A DNA stretch of 64,000 nucleotides from Bacteroidota bacterium (GTDB lineage: Bacteria; Bacteroidota; Bacteroidia; 2-12-FULL-35-15). The stretch is taken from NCBI GenBank assembly GCA_029237775.1, contig JAQZBR010000002.1, positions 713,489 through 777,488 on the forward strand. Reading direction: 5' to 3'. The notes beneath the pieces are model-generated. The model did no database searches, was not told the origin of the DNA, and saw nothing but the letters and a program-made list of their open reading frames with translations. The translations under genes were made by a program, and so were the position numbers. Positions 20,244-30,796 of the stretch are shown piece after piece. Each line of letters begins with the position of its first letter. The first letter of the stretch is position 1.

Positions 20244-20831
20244 TTACCTGACAATTTTAAAGATGGTTTTAAAAATGATCTTGAAATCAGTGAGGATTCC
20301 CTGCTGCCGGATATACTTAAGATTCAGATCCAGTTTGTGCGGCATGATCTCTTCGATATATACCTTTTCAGGGTCTGAAGCTTTACCGAGAATCTCATTT
20401 TCATTGCTGTATTCAATGCTTGCAAAATCGGTGATACCGGGCTTGACAGACAACACCTGTTTTTGCTGAGCATTGTACATATCAACATACCTGCGTACTT
20501 CCGGCCGGGGACCAACCAGACTCATATCTCCGGTCAAAACGTTGATCAATTGAGGAAGCTCATCAATTTTATATTTGCGAATGTAATATCCTGAACGTGT
20601 GATACGGCTGTCGCGACCACCCACAGTCAAAAGCCCTGCTTTATCAGAATCGGTTCGCATAGAGCGAAATTTAAAAAGCCTGAAATCCTTTCCGTCCTTG
20701 CCTACTCTTACCTGTCGGTAAAACACGCCACCTTTAGAATCCAGCATAATGATCAGGGAAATGATCAAAAACGGAATGAAAAGGATTATTAATCCTATCA
20801 GAGAAAAGAATATATCAAACAATCTCTTCAT
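20244..20831 (-). CDS. small polyprenyl-phosphate sugar phosphotransferase (PglC/WbpL-like initiating transferase)
   Basis: Single TM followed by a Bac_transf domain with 'DMSLVGPRPE'. 195 aa. Confidence 0.8.
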   Translation of the reverse strand: MKRLFDIFFSLIGLIILFIPFLIISLIIMLDSKGGVFYRQVRVGKDGKDFRLFKFRSMRTDSDKAGLLTVGGRDSRITRSGYYIRKYKIDELPQLINVLTGDMSLVGPRPEVRRYVDMYNAQQKQVLSVKPGITDFASIEYSNENEILGKASDPEKVYIEEIMPHKLDLNLKYIRQQGILTDFKIIFKTIFKIVR

Positions 20832-22039
20832 TATCCAATCACCTTCGTTACTGCGCTTACCACTGCATCTAAAACAGTCTTAACCATTTCGTCATTCAGA
20901 TTATAAAAGATCGGGAGAGAAATTTCCCTTGAATAATTATCGAAGGTGACCGGATAATTATGAACGTTATAACCCTGGTTTACATAAAAGCTCATCATTG
21001 GAACCGGAATAAAATGCACATTTACCGAAACGTCTTTTTCGAAGATCTCTTTGATGATCGCATCACGCTGAACTTCTGTAATATTTTTAATTCTTAACGC
21101 GTATAGATGATAGCAGCCTTCCGTTTTATCATTTTTCAAAACAGGCAGCTGGGCCCAGTCGTATTTCGACAGTTCCTTAGAATATTGCTCGCAAATAGCT
21201 TTCCTTCTCGGTAGGGTATCGCTGTCGTAACGCTCCAGTTCAATCTGGCCTATTACAGCCATGATATCAGTCATGTTGCACTTATAACCCGCTTCCACGA
21301 TATCATATCTCCAGTTACCTTTTTGTGTTTTCGCAAGTGCGTCTTTATCCTGGCCATGCAATGTTTTAACACATAATGATTTGTAAACCGTTTCATTATC
21401 AAAGGGAGCAGGTAAATTTAAAGCCACTGCCCCGCCTTCTGCAGTTGTCAAATTCTTCACTGCATGAAAAGAAAAGACCGAGACATCCGTTAAAGATCCT
21501 GCCCTTTTGCCTTTATACCAAGCTCCGAATGAGTGTGCAGAATCAGAAAGAACCATAATCCTTCCCATCATTTTTTGTTCTTCAGTGACGGGAACAAACT
21601 TATCTGAATGCTTCTTTACGATTTCATTGATCTTATCGTAATCGCAAGGATAACCCGCGAAATCAACCGGCATGACTACTTTGGTTTTTGAAGTTATTGC
21701 CTTTTCAATATTAGCAGCTGAGATATTAAAATCGTCTGCATTAACATCTACAAATACCGGCTTTGCACCACAATGCATTACAACATTGGCAGTAGCTGAA
21801 TAAGTATATGCCGGAAGAATAACTTCATCCCCTTCTTTCACTCCAAACCAGCGAAGCATTATCTCAAGGCCGGCAGTTGCACTGTTCAGACACAACGTTG
21901 CTTTGTTACCGCAATATGCGCTGATCTCTTTTTCAAATTGCTTTGTGCGCGGACCGGTAGTGATCCAGCCTGATTGCAATACTTTAGTTACTTCATCAAT
22001 GATCTTCTGATCAATTCGGGGCGGAGAAAATGGAATCAT
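20831..22039 (-). CDS. DegT/DnrJ/EryC1/StrS family PLP-dependent sugar aminotransferase
   Basis: Fold-type I aminotransferase with the 'SFHAVKNLTTAEGG' lysine-containing motif. 402 aa. Confidence 0.85.
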   Translation of the reverse strand: MIPFSPPRIDQKIIDEVTKVLQSGWITTGPRTKQFEKEISAYCGNKATLCLNSATAGLEIMLRWFGVKEGDEVILPAYTYSATANVVMHCGAKPVFVDVNADDFNISAANIEKAITSKTKVVMPVDFAGYPCDYDKINEIVKKHSDKFVPVTEEQKMMGRIMVLSDSAHSFGAWYKGKRAGSLTDVSVFSFHAVKNLTTAEGGAVALNLPAPFDNETVYKSLCVKTLHGQDKDALAKTQKGNWRYDIVEAGYKCNMTDIMAVIGQIELERYDSDTLPRRKAICEQYSKELSKYDWAQLPVLKNDKTEGCYHLYALRIKNITEVQRDAIIKEIFEKDVSVNVHFIPVPMMSFYVNQGYNVHNYPVTFDNYSREISLPIFYNLNDEMVKTVLDAVVSAVTKVIG

Positions 22040-23307
22040 AAAATAGTTGGTTGAGAATTTTTTTCAGATTTATTATTAATAAAACAATAACATAAGATCG
22101 TGCTAAAGAATGCGAAAAACATGACTCCAGCTTGCGTTTCAAGCATGGATTCAAAAAGAAAATTAAGTCCTGAAAGAACACAAAAGCCCCAAAGAAGCAG
22201 GTTAATATTTTTTAAAGTTAATAGGACCGGTAATCCTAAACATAGTAAAAGACAAATCAACCCTGTTAGTCCGAGTGCGACAGAAGTATTCAAAAACTGG
22301 TTGTGGGAGTTTAATTTATGTTCCAGTTCATTCATCATCCCCTTCTCTTTGTATTTTTCAAGCATCGCTGTCTTTGCATCACCGGTTCCTGTTCCAAAAG
22401 CCGGATTGCTTTTAAGTAACTCCGCTGCCGCCTGCCATACGAGAATACGACTGGCTGTTCCTTCGCTGCTCTTTTCAAGCTTCTCGTCAGAGCCGGCATT
22501 CACAACCGCTTCTGTGGCAGAGGTAATTCGTTGAGAATATTGCGGTGCTGAGATATTAAAGACATAAAACATACTTCCGAGAATGATCAGTATGATAATA
22601 CCTTCAACAAGTTTTCTCTTCAGCATAAAGCTTACAAAAATGTAAAAGGAAATCAGGAACAGGCCTACCCATCCGGCTTTTGAACTGAGCAACAAAACGA
22701 AAGCTCCGAAAAACAATGCAACCAAATACCATTTCAATGTCAGCTTTATTTCTCCTTTAGAAACCAGATAGTATAAAGAAAGTAAAGCAAAGTTCACATA
22801 CATAGAAAGATAGCTTGGATGTATAATCGGAGATAAACGATTGTAATAAAAGTAGCTTGCCCCAAGATCGTATTCAATTCCATCGATAAGAACATACACC
22901 GGTTTCAGATAGCAGTATAGCGACCATGAAAAACAGATCAATCCGGAAAGGAGACATCCGTAAATAAAGTATTTTAAATATACATTGATGTCTTTTCTGA
23001 TATCCTGCAACCTCGTAGAGAGTATCAGCGGAAAAATTATCAGGGAAAGTTTTGTTTCCAGAATCTGGAAACCTTCAGCTCTATTGACTGAATATATAAT
23101 TCCGGCAGAGTAAATCAGAAACAGAAAACTTAAAGCCAGCACCGGCAGATTATTCCTGAGCACGAGAAGGCCGGTGGGAATCCTTTGCGGTTCAATGATC
23201 CAGCAAAGAGAAAGAAGAATTATCAACGGTGGAACCAGACTGGAATAAACAGGAAGACAAACCACTATGGCCAAAATGATCAGTTTGAAAAATTTTTCTA
23301 TTTTCAT
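22036..23307 (-). CDS. O-antigen ligase / Wzy_C-domain polytopic membrane protein
   Basis: About 10 TM helices and a large periplasmic loop ('SAPQYSQRITSATEAVV...') characteristic of the Wzy_C (WaaL/Wzy) family. Confidence 0.6.
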   Translation of the reverse strand: MKIEKFFKLIILAIVVCLPVYSSLVPPLIILLSLCWIIEPQRIPTGLLVLRNNLPVLALSFLFLIYSAGIIYSVNRAEGFQILETKLSLIIFPLILSTRLQDIRKDINVYLKYFIYGCLLSGLICFSWSLYCYLKPVYVLIDGIEYDLGASYFYYNRLSPIIHPSYLSMYVNFALLSLYYLVSKGEIKLTLKWYLVALFFGAFVLLLSSKAGWVGLFLISFYIFVSFMLKRKLVEGIIILIILGSMFYVFNISAPQYSQRITSATEAVVNAGSDEKLEKSSEGTASRILVWQAAAELLKSNPAFGTGTGDAKTAMLEKYKEKGMMNELEHKLNSHNQFLNTSVALGLTGLICLLLCLGLPVLLTLKNINLLLWGFCVLSGLNFLFESMLETQAGVMFFAFFSTILCYCFINNKSEKNSQPTIL

Positions 23308-23314
23308 TTCTGCT

Positions 23315-24328
23315 TTATCTGCTGAGTTTCATGTTCTCTTCCGAAATCGTTTTGCGGTTAAGGATAAAAAAATCGAAAATTCCTTTTAAATATCCCGTGC
23401 CGTAACTCCAATGTAGTATAAGGAAAGAATATACAATATTAAAAACGATGGACAATTCTCTCGTTGCAGAGAATGCTTCCCTGAACGCCATTACCCAGTA
23501 AAGAGTAAAGATAAGAAGATAAGCCGCTGCTAAATAAATGTGAAAGAAACTCATTAACATACCAAGCACAACAAACAAAACAAAAAATGCGGGGATCAGC
23601 TGTCGTACAGTTGTCACCGTTTTATGCTTCCTGTTCACATACACCTTCCAGTATCCGTACTGATTGTATTGCTTGTACAATTTAGGGAAAGACGCGCGTA
23701 CAAAATACCTTGAACGGATGGCATGCGACAAATAAATTTTGAATCCAAATTTTAGGATTCTGAAATTGAATTCATCGTCCTGATTACGAACCAGATCCTC
23801 ATCAAAATATCCGGCCGTTTCAAACACTTCTTTTTTATATGCACCAAAGGCAACAGTGTCCACGTATCCATCCTTCTTTCCAGTTCTGAAATGTGCATTA
23901 CCAACACCAAAAGAAGATGCCATTGCAATGGAAATAACGCTGGAGATCCTGTCTTCCATGACATTTTCCAGTAATCCGCCAACACAACCTATCTGAGGAT
24001 CGATCTCAAAAGCTTTTATACATTCATTTATATAATCGGGATAAATTTCTGCATGCGCGCCAAGGATAATTCGGACATCACTATCTGAAGCCATGATCCC
24101 AAGATTTAGAGCATATTGAGTAGTTCTCCTTTTATTCTCTATCATTTTGATAAAAGGATATTTCAATGTGAATCCGGTGATGAGGTCAACTGTTTTATCA
24201 TCGCTCATTCCATCACATACGAACACTTCTAAAAGCTCTTTCGGATAATTTGAATCAACAATTGACTGAAGACATCGTACAATGTACTTCTCTTCATTGC
24301 GACATGGTATGGTTATCGAAACTCTCAT
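23315..24328 (-). CDS. glycosyltransferase family 2 (with C-terminal TM helices)
   Basis: 'ITIPCRNEE' N-terminus and DxD-type motif region; 2-3 C-terminal TM segments. Confidence 0.75.
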   Translation of the reverse strand: MRVSITIPCRNEEKYIVRCLQSIVDSNYPKELLEVFVCDGMSDDKTVDLITGFTLKYPFIKMIENKRRTTQYALNLGIMASDSDVRIILGAHAEIYPDYINECIKAFEIDPQIGCVGGLLENVMEDRISSVISIAMASSFGVGNAHFRTGKKDGYVDTVAFGAYKKEVFETAGYFDEDLVRNQDDEFNFRILKFGFKIYLSHAIRSRYFVRASFPKLYKQYNQYGYWKVYVNRKHKTVTTVRQLIPAFFVLFVVLGMLMSFFHIYLAAAYLLIFTLYWVMAFREAFSATRELSIVFNIVYSFLILHWSYGTGYLKGIFDFFILNRKTISEENMKLSR

Positions 24329-24738
24329 CCAAGAAATTGTTGTTTCTCCTCTGCAGTAGGGATACGACAGGTTTCTTTTTTACCCCAGAATTTGTAGCGA
24401 TTTTTCGCGATCCATGAATAAACTCCATCTCGCAGGAACTTTGGTACAACAAGGAACGCAGGCAACAATTTATGCGGACCTGAAAGTTTTTTCGACAGTT
24501 GAAGAATGGCGTCAGAGCGAAAATAAAACTTCTCTCCGGAATAATAAATGATCGTGTCAAGATCGGTGCTGTCTATGGAATGTTCTTTTAAGAAAGAATT
24601 GGCAAATTCAGATTGCAGTGAAGCGTAATAAATGTCTTTCGTCTTATTTCTTTTATAAATAGTATCCACCGTAGTGTTGCAGAAGTTGCAGACACCATCA
24701 AAAAAAACAATATTTAAATTTTTATGCTCTTGTTGCAT
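24325..24738 (-). CDS. thiol-disulfide oxidoreductase DCC family (DUF393)
   Basis: 'FFDGVCNFCN' CxxC motif in the DCC-family context. I chose the internal Met (MQQEHKNLNIVFF); even so the gene overlaps the upstream GT4 gene by ~17 nt, and the ORF-track start at 24762 overlaps it by ~41 nt. Confidence 0.5.
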   Translation of the reverse strand: MQQEHKNLNIVFFDGVCNFCNTTVDTIYKRNKTKDIYYASLQSEFANSFLKEHSIDSTDLDTIIYYSGEKFYFRSDAILQLSKKLSGPHKLLPAFLVVPKFLRDGVYSWIAKNRYKFWGKKETCRIPTAEEKQQFLG

Positions 24739-25852
24739 CAGCCAAAGTATTATAAACGGCAATTATTTTTTTTTCTTCAGCGCCCCAATTGTATTTTTCA
24801 ACAACAGCTTTTCTACCGTTTCGTCCCATTTGAGCCGACAATTCGGGATCAGCTATCAGCTTATTTAAAGCGTTTGCAATTTCTTGCGGATTCTCAGGAT
24901 CAACACAAACCCCGCAATTGTTCTTTTCGATAATCTCCTTCCATAATGGAAAATGCGAGCCAAGAACAGGAATTGCTGCACTCATATATTCAAACATCTT
25001 GTTCGGCTGAGCGTCAACGTGATTAGGCATCGGTAAAAAAGTTACAACACCAACTTTAGAACGTGCCATGATCTTTGCTGTTTCATTACGTCCAACAAAA
25101 CCAAACTCATTCACTTTAGGCCAGCCAGCCTTCGATACAAGCACCTCCCGGAATTGTGCAGGCGAAAAATCTCCTGCAAGATTCAGTTTCAATCCATTAG
25201 TCAATGGCAATGAATCGATCAAAGATTCAATGCCCCTGATGGCCGAGATCCCACCTATATAACAAACTTCTTCCTGCTTTTGTTGCCAGTCTGTTTCCGG
25301 TCCAAGCTCGCTTAGCAAAGGAAAATTATTTATGTCTGTAGTCCGAGCATTGATCTTTACAAAACGATCCCTGATAAAAGGAGTTGCGGTTAAAATATGA
25401 TCAAGCTGTTTTGCGATCCTGTTTTCATAGATTCTGAAAGCTGTTGCCACAGAAGTTCTTAGGAATTTATTGATCCAGTATTTACCTAAGATCTGCTTTG
25501 GAACATCCTCATGTGCATCATAGATCACTTTCTTCCCTTTACGTTTTAACTTTAAACCGTATGGCAATAACTCAGGATCATGGAAATGATAGATATCAGC
25601 GTTTAAGCTTAATGCTTTTTGGTAAACAATTTTAGATGTGTTCAGCATCCGGGTAAAACGCCCCGATACAGGAGCGGTGGCGTTCACAATATTGACTCCT
25701 TTTGTATGCTTCTCTTCGCAGTTTGCAGCGACAAGGAACACCTCAAAACCCGCTGCTGCAAGAGAAACGCATTCTTTATGGAATATCCTTACATCATCCG
25801 GTTTGTGAGCGGATGTGAAATGACAAATGCGTATATTTTTTTTATTCTCCAA
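24722..25852 (-). CDS. glycosyltransferase family 4
   Basis: GT-B fold with the C-terminal 'E..G..VLE' region. 376 aa. Confidence 0.7.
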   Translation of the reverse strand: MENKKNIRICHFTSAHKPDDVRIFHKECVSLAAAGFEVFLVAANCEEKHTKGVNIVNATAPVSGRFTRMLNTSKIVYQKALSLNADIYHFHDPELLPYGLKLKRKGKKVIYDAHEDVPKQILGKYWINKFLRTSVATAFRIYENRIAKQLDHILTATPFIRDRFVKINARTTDINNFPLLSELGPETDWQQKQEEVCYIGGISAIRGIESLIDSLPLTNGLKLNLAGDFSPAQFREVLVSKAGWPKVNEFGFVGRNETAKIMARSKVGVVTFLPMPNHVDAQPNKMFEYMSAAIPVLGSHFPLWKEIIEKNNCGVCVDPENPQEIANALNKLIADPELSAQMGRNGRKAVVEKYNWGAEEKKIIAVYNTLADATRA

Positions 25853-26608
25853 TTATCTGAATAATGCGTTGATCTCGGATTGTTCCGGATAACTGATCAA
25901 AACCGCTCTATGCTTACCGTGAAATACAAACATGCTTCCTGCAGCAGCGGCAGAAGCACCTGCGTTTACTGCCTGTTTAAAATGATTCAACTCCCCTGCA
26001 CCACCACAGGCGATCAGTGGAATATCGATCTCCCCTGAAATACTTTTTATAAGATCCAGGTCATACCCCTGCATCACACCATCACGATCAATAGAATTTA
26101 CCAAAAGTTCGCCTGCCCCGGCTTTATTGATCTCCACAGCAAATTTTGATGCTTCCATCTTTGTATTGCTCGTTCCGCTCTTTGTATACACTTCGTATTT
26201 CCCCCAGAAATTCTTTTTAACATCCATGCTAACAACAATGGTTGAGCTTCCGAAAACATCTGCGGCTTCACGGATAAAATCAAGTTTCACTGCATTTGAG
26301 TTGATTGAGACTTTCTCAATTCCCATACTGATCAGCTTTCTTATTTCTTCAATCGAACTAACAGCACCGCCATAACCCAGTGGCATAAAGCATTCGCCTG
26401 CCATCTGGTAAAGAAGCTCATAATTCGGCTTTTTATTTTCAAGGGAAGCTGTGATATCAAGAATGATCAATTCATCCACTTCTTTATCATTGAAAATCTT
26501 AACCGCATTCAGAGGATCACCTATATACTTCGGCTCTTTGAATTTTAATGTTTTGTAAAGGCCGGTTCCTTTTAAAAGAAGGATTGGAATGATGCGCGGG
26601 GTTTCCAT
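25853..26608 (-). CDS. imidazole glycerol phosphate synthase cyclase subunit paralog (HisF-like, WbuZ/HisF2 type)
   Basis: TIM-barrel HisF motifs ('IPILLLKGTG', 'VDELIILDI', 'IPLIACGGAG'). Lies in a glycan locus next to a HisH-like gene and an amidotransferase. Confidence 0.8.
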   Translation of the reverse strand: METPRIIPILLLKGTGLYKTLKFKEPKYIGDPLNAVKIFNDKEVDELIILDITASLENKKPNYELLYQMAGECFMPLGYGGAVSSIEEIRKLISMGIEKVSINSNAVKLDFIREAADVFGSSTIVVSMDVKKNFWGKYEVYTKSGTSNTKMEASKFAVEINKAGAGELLVNSIDRDGVMQGYDLDLIKSISGEIDIPLIACGGAGELNHFKQAVNAGASAAAAGSMFVFHGKHRAVLISYPEQSEINALFR

Positions 26609-26609
26609 A

Positions 26610-27221
26610 TCAGATCGATAAAAAGTTAGTGAATAACTTCATTCCGAACTTATGGCTTTTTTCAGGGTGGAACTGAACTCCGCATAGGTTGCCTTTTTCA
26701 AAACCGGAAACATATTCAGTACCGTATGTTGACGTTGTAAGAACATCTTCCGGCTTATTTGATTTTACGTAATATGAATGAACAAAATAAAAACGCGGCT
26801 CCGGATACATCTCTTTCAGATAAGCACTTTCCTTTTTCTGATACACATGCTTCCATCCCATGTTCGGGATCTTATTTACTGAACTCTTTTCGAATTTGAA
26901 TTTGATTGTCTCCGCATCAAACCAGGCTAAGCCAGGTTCTGAGCCTTCCTCACTGCCTTTCGTCATCAGCTGCATTCCCAGACAAATACCTAAGAAAGGT
27001 ACTTTTTCATTGAAGGCTTTTTCATTCAAGATATCAATGAATCCCGACTTTTTCAAATTATTCATTCCTGTGTCAAATGAGCCGACACCCGGTAAAATTA
27101 TTTTTTTCGCCTGGCGGATCTCATCAATATTGGAAGTGATCACAGCTTCGCCACCGATCTTTCTGATCATGTTCTTGATCGAACCTAAATTTCCACACCC
27201 GTAATCAATTATTGCAATCAT
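26610..27221 (-). CDS. glutamine amidotransferase subunit paralog (HisH-like, WbuY/HisH2 type)
   Basis: Class-I GATase with 'GICLGMQ' catalytic Cys and the 'HSYY' His region. Confidence 0.8.
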   Translation of the reverse strand: MIAIIDYGCGNLGSIKNMIRKIGGEAVITSNIDEIRQAKKIILPGVGSFDTGMNNLKKSGFIDILNEKAFNEKVPFLGICLGMQLMTKGSEEGSEPGLAWFDAETIKFKFEKSSVNKIPNMGWKHVYQKKESAYLKEMYPEPRFYFVHSYYVKSNKPEDVLTTSTYGTEYVSGFEKGNLCGVQFHPEKSHKFGMKLFTNFLSI

Positions 27222-27224
27222 TTC

Positions 27225-28364
27225 TTAACGGCCTCTGACCTTATTATAAACTTTATAAATAAATTTCAGCTTATCCTCATCGTTCGGATATTCCTTATAC
27301 GACTTTACAGGAGCCTTCATGATCTTCTCAAACTCTTCGTTTGTAAGTCCCATTTTTTTGATCACATACTCTTTATCATCACGCAGCATGCCTTCAGGAT
27401 ACGCTGGCTTTTTCATCTCTTCCAGAGCCTGTTCCCTGTTTATCTGTCCCGAACAGATCAATGTCGATAAATGTGCTTTACGTTTATCAATACCAAATTT
27501 TTCCGGAAGGATGTAAGCCTGAAAGAATCTCGTGAATACCGATTCATAATGCTTTCCTCCGTAATACACCCAGCCAAGCTCATTCTGGATCACTTTCATC
27601 GCCTCTGCTTTATCATACGGAACATAATTAAGAAGACGAACCATTTTGATCCCTTTCATGTAGGTATAATAAAATTCTCTGTTGAAGCCTAATAAAGGAT
27701 ACGTTTTGAACGGCACCTTTCCAAATTTATCATGGATCGCTTTCAGATGTTTCACATCTTTGGCATTGTATCCCCAACTCTTCGGTAGAATTCCCTCTGT
27801 TGCGAAATTGCTTCCGCTTAAAATATATTTGATGTTGTACTTTGCACACAAACGGTAAGTGGCAGCGAGGAAAGCATGATCTGTAGGAGTTTCTATGTTT
27901 GCAACAGAAGCTTTAAGGAATGAGGTCTGCAGATCGCGGAACTCCTCCCAGTCTACAACCCAGGTCTGATAATCGAACCCCAGCTTCTTTACAATATTTT
28001 CAATGTTCTTTACAGCAAGCTCCGAGTTCCATCCGTTATCAAAATGGAATGCCAGCGCACGAAGCCCCAATTTTTTTGTGATGTAAGCCACATACGAACT
28101 ATCTACACCACCGCTGACTCCGACAATACAATCGTACTCACTGTTCTTACCTGCCTCTTTCATTGTGGCAACGATCTTTTCGAGCTGTGTGTCTGAAGAT
28201 TTTCCGTTGTAAATGTATAAAGGTGCTAACCTGAAAAATTCATTACAATGATTGCAATGACCTTTTTCATCGAATGTTATTGCAGGATCAGTAGTATCCA
28301 TAATACAACGGGTACACATCCTGTAGTTTTTATCAAGCTTAATATCTGAATTCAGTTCAGTCAT
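27225..28364 (-). CDS. N-acetyl sugar amidotransferase (WbpG/WbuX/PseA-like, PP-loop ATP pyrophosphatase)
   Basis: N-terminal zinc ribbon 'CTRCIM...CNHC', PP-loop 'VGVSGGVDSS', ~379 aa. Gene order HisH-HisF-amidotransferase matches O-antigen clusters that make acetamidino sugars. Confidence 0.75.
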   Translation of the reverse strand: MTELNSDIKLDKNYRMCTRCIMDTTDPAITFDEKGHCNHCNEFFRLAPLYIYNGKSSDTQLEKIVATMKEAGKNSEYDCIVGVSGGVDSSYVAYITKKLGLRALAFHFDNGWNSELAVKNIENIVKKLGFDYQTWVVDWEEFRDLQTSFLKASVANIETPTDHAFLAATYRLCAKYNIKYILSGSNFATEGILPKSWGYNAKDVKHLKAIHDKFGKVPFKTYPLLGFNREFYYTYMKGIKMVRLLNYVPYDKAEAMKVIQNELGWVYYGGKHYESVFTRFFQAYILPEKFGIDKRKAHLSTLICSGQINREQALEEMKKPAYPEGMLRDDKEYVIKKMGLTNEEFEKIMKAPVKSYKEYPNDEDKLKFIYKVYNKVRGR

Positions 28365-29509
28365 TTATTCAAAACATTAGTATAAATTCCGGTCAGTTTT
28401 TTCGCAATTGCTCCCGGTGAAAAATTGTTGAGAACAACCTGCCTGATAACCCTTGAATCGTAGGCTGCAAAGTTATCATAAACTTCTTGCATAGCCAAAA
28501 AAAGGCTTTGTTCATCATGATCACATAAAACACCCAATTCCTTACCTTTAATAATGGATTGTGGCCCACCACTTCTGGTTGAAATTACCGGTTTGCCACA
28601 GCTCATTGCTTCTATTAAAACCACCCCGAATGTTTCCTTTTTACTGCATAAAACGAATGCATCACTCCGGTTCATTAAAATGGCAAGATCAGCTCGCGAT
28701 ACCCATCCTTTAAAGCTTACCAATTTCTCAATACCAAGCTCTTTTGCAAGATCACTTAATGATTCACGCACAGGGCCGTCTCCGGCAATCACCAACTCTG
28801 CTTTTCTCCCTGATTGCAGAAATTTTGAAAAAGCCCTGAGCAATAACTGATGATTCTTATTTTCATTAAGGATTCCTGCACTTAAAAATGTGAATGTTCC
28901 GTTTATACTTTTCGATGTTGAAGGCTTATAAAATTCAGTATCAGCAATGTTCGGGAGATAATGAAAAGCCTGACTGTACTTATTTGACAGTACTTTCGCA
29001 AATTCTTCACTCACCGATATATTATAGTCTGATTCCGAAAACGTTTTAGCCGCATACTTTTCCATTGATGAGGGCACGCTGTTGGTCAGAAAACGCGAGG
29101 AGTGTTCCGTGACAACGAATGGGATTCGATATTTCCTTTTAGCATAATCAACCGCCAAAATCGCCTCATAGCATTGCAAATGGATAACATCGGGCTTGCC
29201 GTGTTGTTGAATATATCTATCGATTAACGATCTTCCTCTTCTTTCTGCTTGTTTTACTGTATAAGTCGGATATTTCGGGATATTCAGATATTTATACAAA
29301 AACGTATTTACTCCGTTTTCTTTAAATGTGCTAAGACCGAACGTAAACTTTTTACACGTCAAAACCGATTTGATCGAGATAGGATTTACCGCTATAAATC
29401 CAACCTGATGACCTTCTGCAGCGAGAGCTTCAGCCTGGTCGCGGTAAAAGATGCCATCGAGAGCAACATAATCGGTTGGGTAACCGGTAGAAAGGATTAA
29501 TACATGCAT
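28361..29509 (-). CDS. glycosyltransferase family 4
   Basis: GT-B fold, 382 aa. Overlaps the amidotransferase gene by 4 nt. Confidence 0.7.
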   Translation of the reverse strand: MHVLILSTGYPTDYVALDGIFYRDQAEALAAEGHQVGFIAVNPISIKSVLTCKKFTFGLSTFKENGVNTFLYKYLNIPKYPTYTVKQAERRGRSLIDRYIQQHGKPDVIHLQCYEAILAVDYAKRKYRIPFVVTEHSSRFLTNSVPSSMEKYAAKTFSESDYNISVSEEFAKVLSNKYSQAFHYLPNIADTEFYKPSTSKSINGTFTFLSAGILNENKNHQLLLRAFSKFLQSGRKAELVIAGDGPVRESLSDLAKELGIEKLVSFKGWVSRADLAILMNRSDAFVLCSKKETFGVVLIEAMSCGKPVISTRSGGPQSIIKGKELGVLCDHDEQSLFLAMQEVYDNFAAYDSRVIRQVVLNNFSPGAIAKKLTGIYTNVLNK

Positions 29510-29518
29510 GAATTATTT

Positions 29519-30796
29519 CTATAAAGTGTTTTCATCAGCCTTATGGATAAATCTGATGGCGACATAAATAATAAATAAATAAAACGCCACCTGGGCTATG
29601 GTGAATCCCCATAAAGCAGAGTAAACCGTAGGCTTAATAAAATAAGCGATATAAAATCCCGCTCCGACTATGATCAAATGTAAAAGATCATACATAAGCA
29701 TTTGTTTTTGTTTTCCCAATCGCATATAAATAAATGAAAGTGAAGAGGACACAAACCAAACACAGAGCCAGATAACCATTACACGGGCAATTACCATCAG
29801 CTCAGACCATTTTTCACCAAGAAAATAAACGACTAAGGAAGTTGGAATCAAATACACAAATAACAAGGGTACAAGAGAGATCAGGAAAAGGTTTTTTGAA
29901 AAGCGTTTATACATTGACAGTATCTCCGCTTTGGAATGTGTCTCCGCAATTTTTGAATAAAATACCTGTGAAAAAGAAACAGAAATAACACCTAAGCCTG
30001 CCGCGAGATAAGTCATGGAAACGCCAATCATTCCAACTGTTTCCTTACCAAAATAATGAAGAAACAAATTCAGATATAGTGCATTGATCAGACTTCCGGT
30101 AAATACACTTGGTGTTGTAAAAAAAATGAATTGCCGGTTCTTTTTGATCAGTTCATTACTATGTTTTGTGTTCAGAAGCCTCAAGGCTTTTCTGTCAGTT
30201 TTTAGAAAACGTCCAAGAAAATAAAGGGATGACGCACCGAATCCGATAACTCTTCCAAGCAACAACCCAAGAAAATTAAATTTCAGTAGCCCGCTGATCA
30301 GCTTTATTGATTCAGCCGAGAAGGTTTGAATTACCTTGGAAGTAGACAATACACTGAACTCTTTTTTCTTATTGCTCCAGTATGACATGATATCGTTAAA
30401 GCCTACGAATATGATGTACAGCGGCAAAAGGAAAAGATAATTCTCCATCCTCGGTTCATCAAAATGTGCGGCTATCCTGTCTTTAAAAACGACAATAAGA
30501 ATGAGACTTAGTAAGGCCATCAGCCAGGAGATCCGCAAAGCGCCATAGGCCAGATTAACTGCATCCTTTAATTGCTTTTGAAGAACAATGCCATATTCCA
30601 GCTTAAGGCAGGCGATATTGGCAAACAATTCACAAAAAGAAATAAACACAGCGAGAATTCCGAAGTCAGAAGGTGTAAAAAAATATTTCTGAAGAATTGG
30701 CAGAGCAATAAAAGGGATCACTTGTGAAAGTGCTGATCCGGTAAACAAGATAAGCACATTCCTGCTAAATTCCGACCCCTTGATACTTTTAAGCAT
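29519..30796 (-). CDS. Wzx-type oligosaccharide flippase (MOP superfamily polysaccharide biosynthesis protein)
   Basis: About 12 TM helices, 425 aa, sitting in the glycan locus. Confidence 0.6.
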   Translation of the reverse strand: MLKSIKGSEFSRNVLILFTGSALSQVIPFIALPILQKYFFTPSDFGILAVFISFCELFANIACLKLEYGIVLQKQLKDAVNLAYGALRISWLMALLSLILIVVFKDRIAAHFDEPRMENYLFLLPLYIIFVGFNDIMSYWSNKKKEFSVLSTSKVIQTFSAESIKLISGLLKFNFLGLLLGRVIGFGASSLYFLGRFLKTDRKALRLLNTKHSNELIKKNRQFIFFTTPSVFTGSLINALYLNLFLHYFGKETVGMIGVSMTYLAAGLGVISVSFSQVFYSKIAETHSKAEILSMYKRFSKNLFLISLVPLLFVYLIPTSLVVYFLGEKWSELMVIARVMVIWLCVWFVSSSLSFIYMRLGKQKQMLMYDLLHLIIVGAGFYIAYFIKPTVYSALWGFTIAQVAFYLFIIYVAIRFIHKADENTL

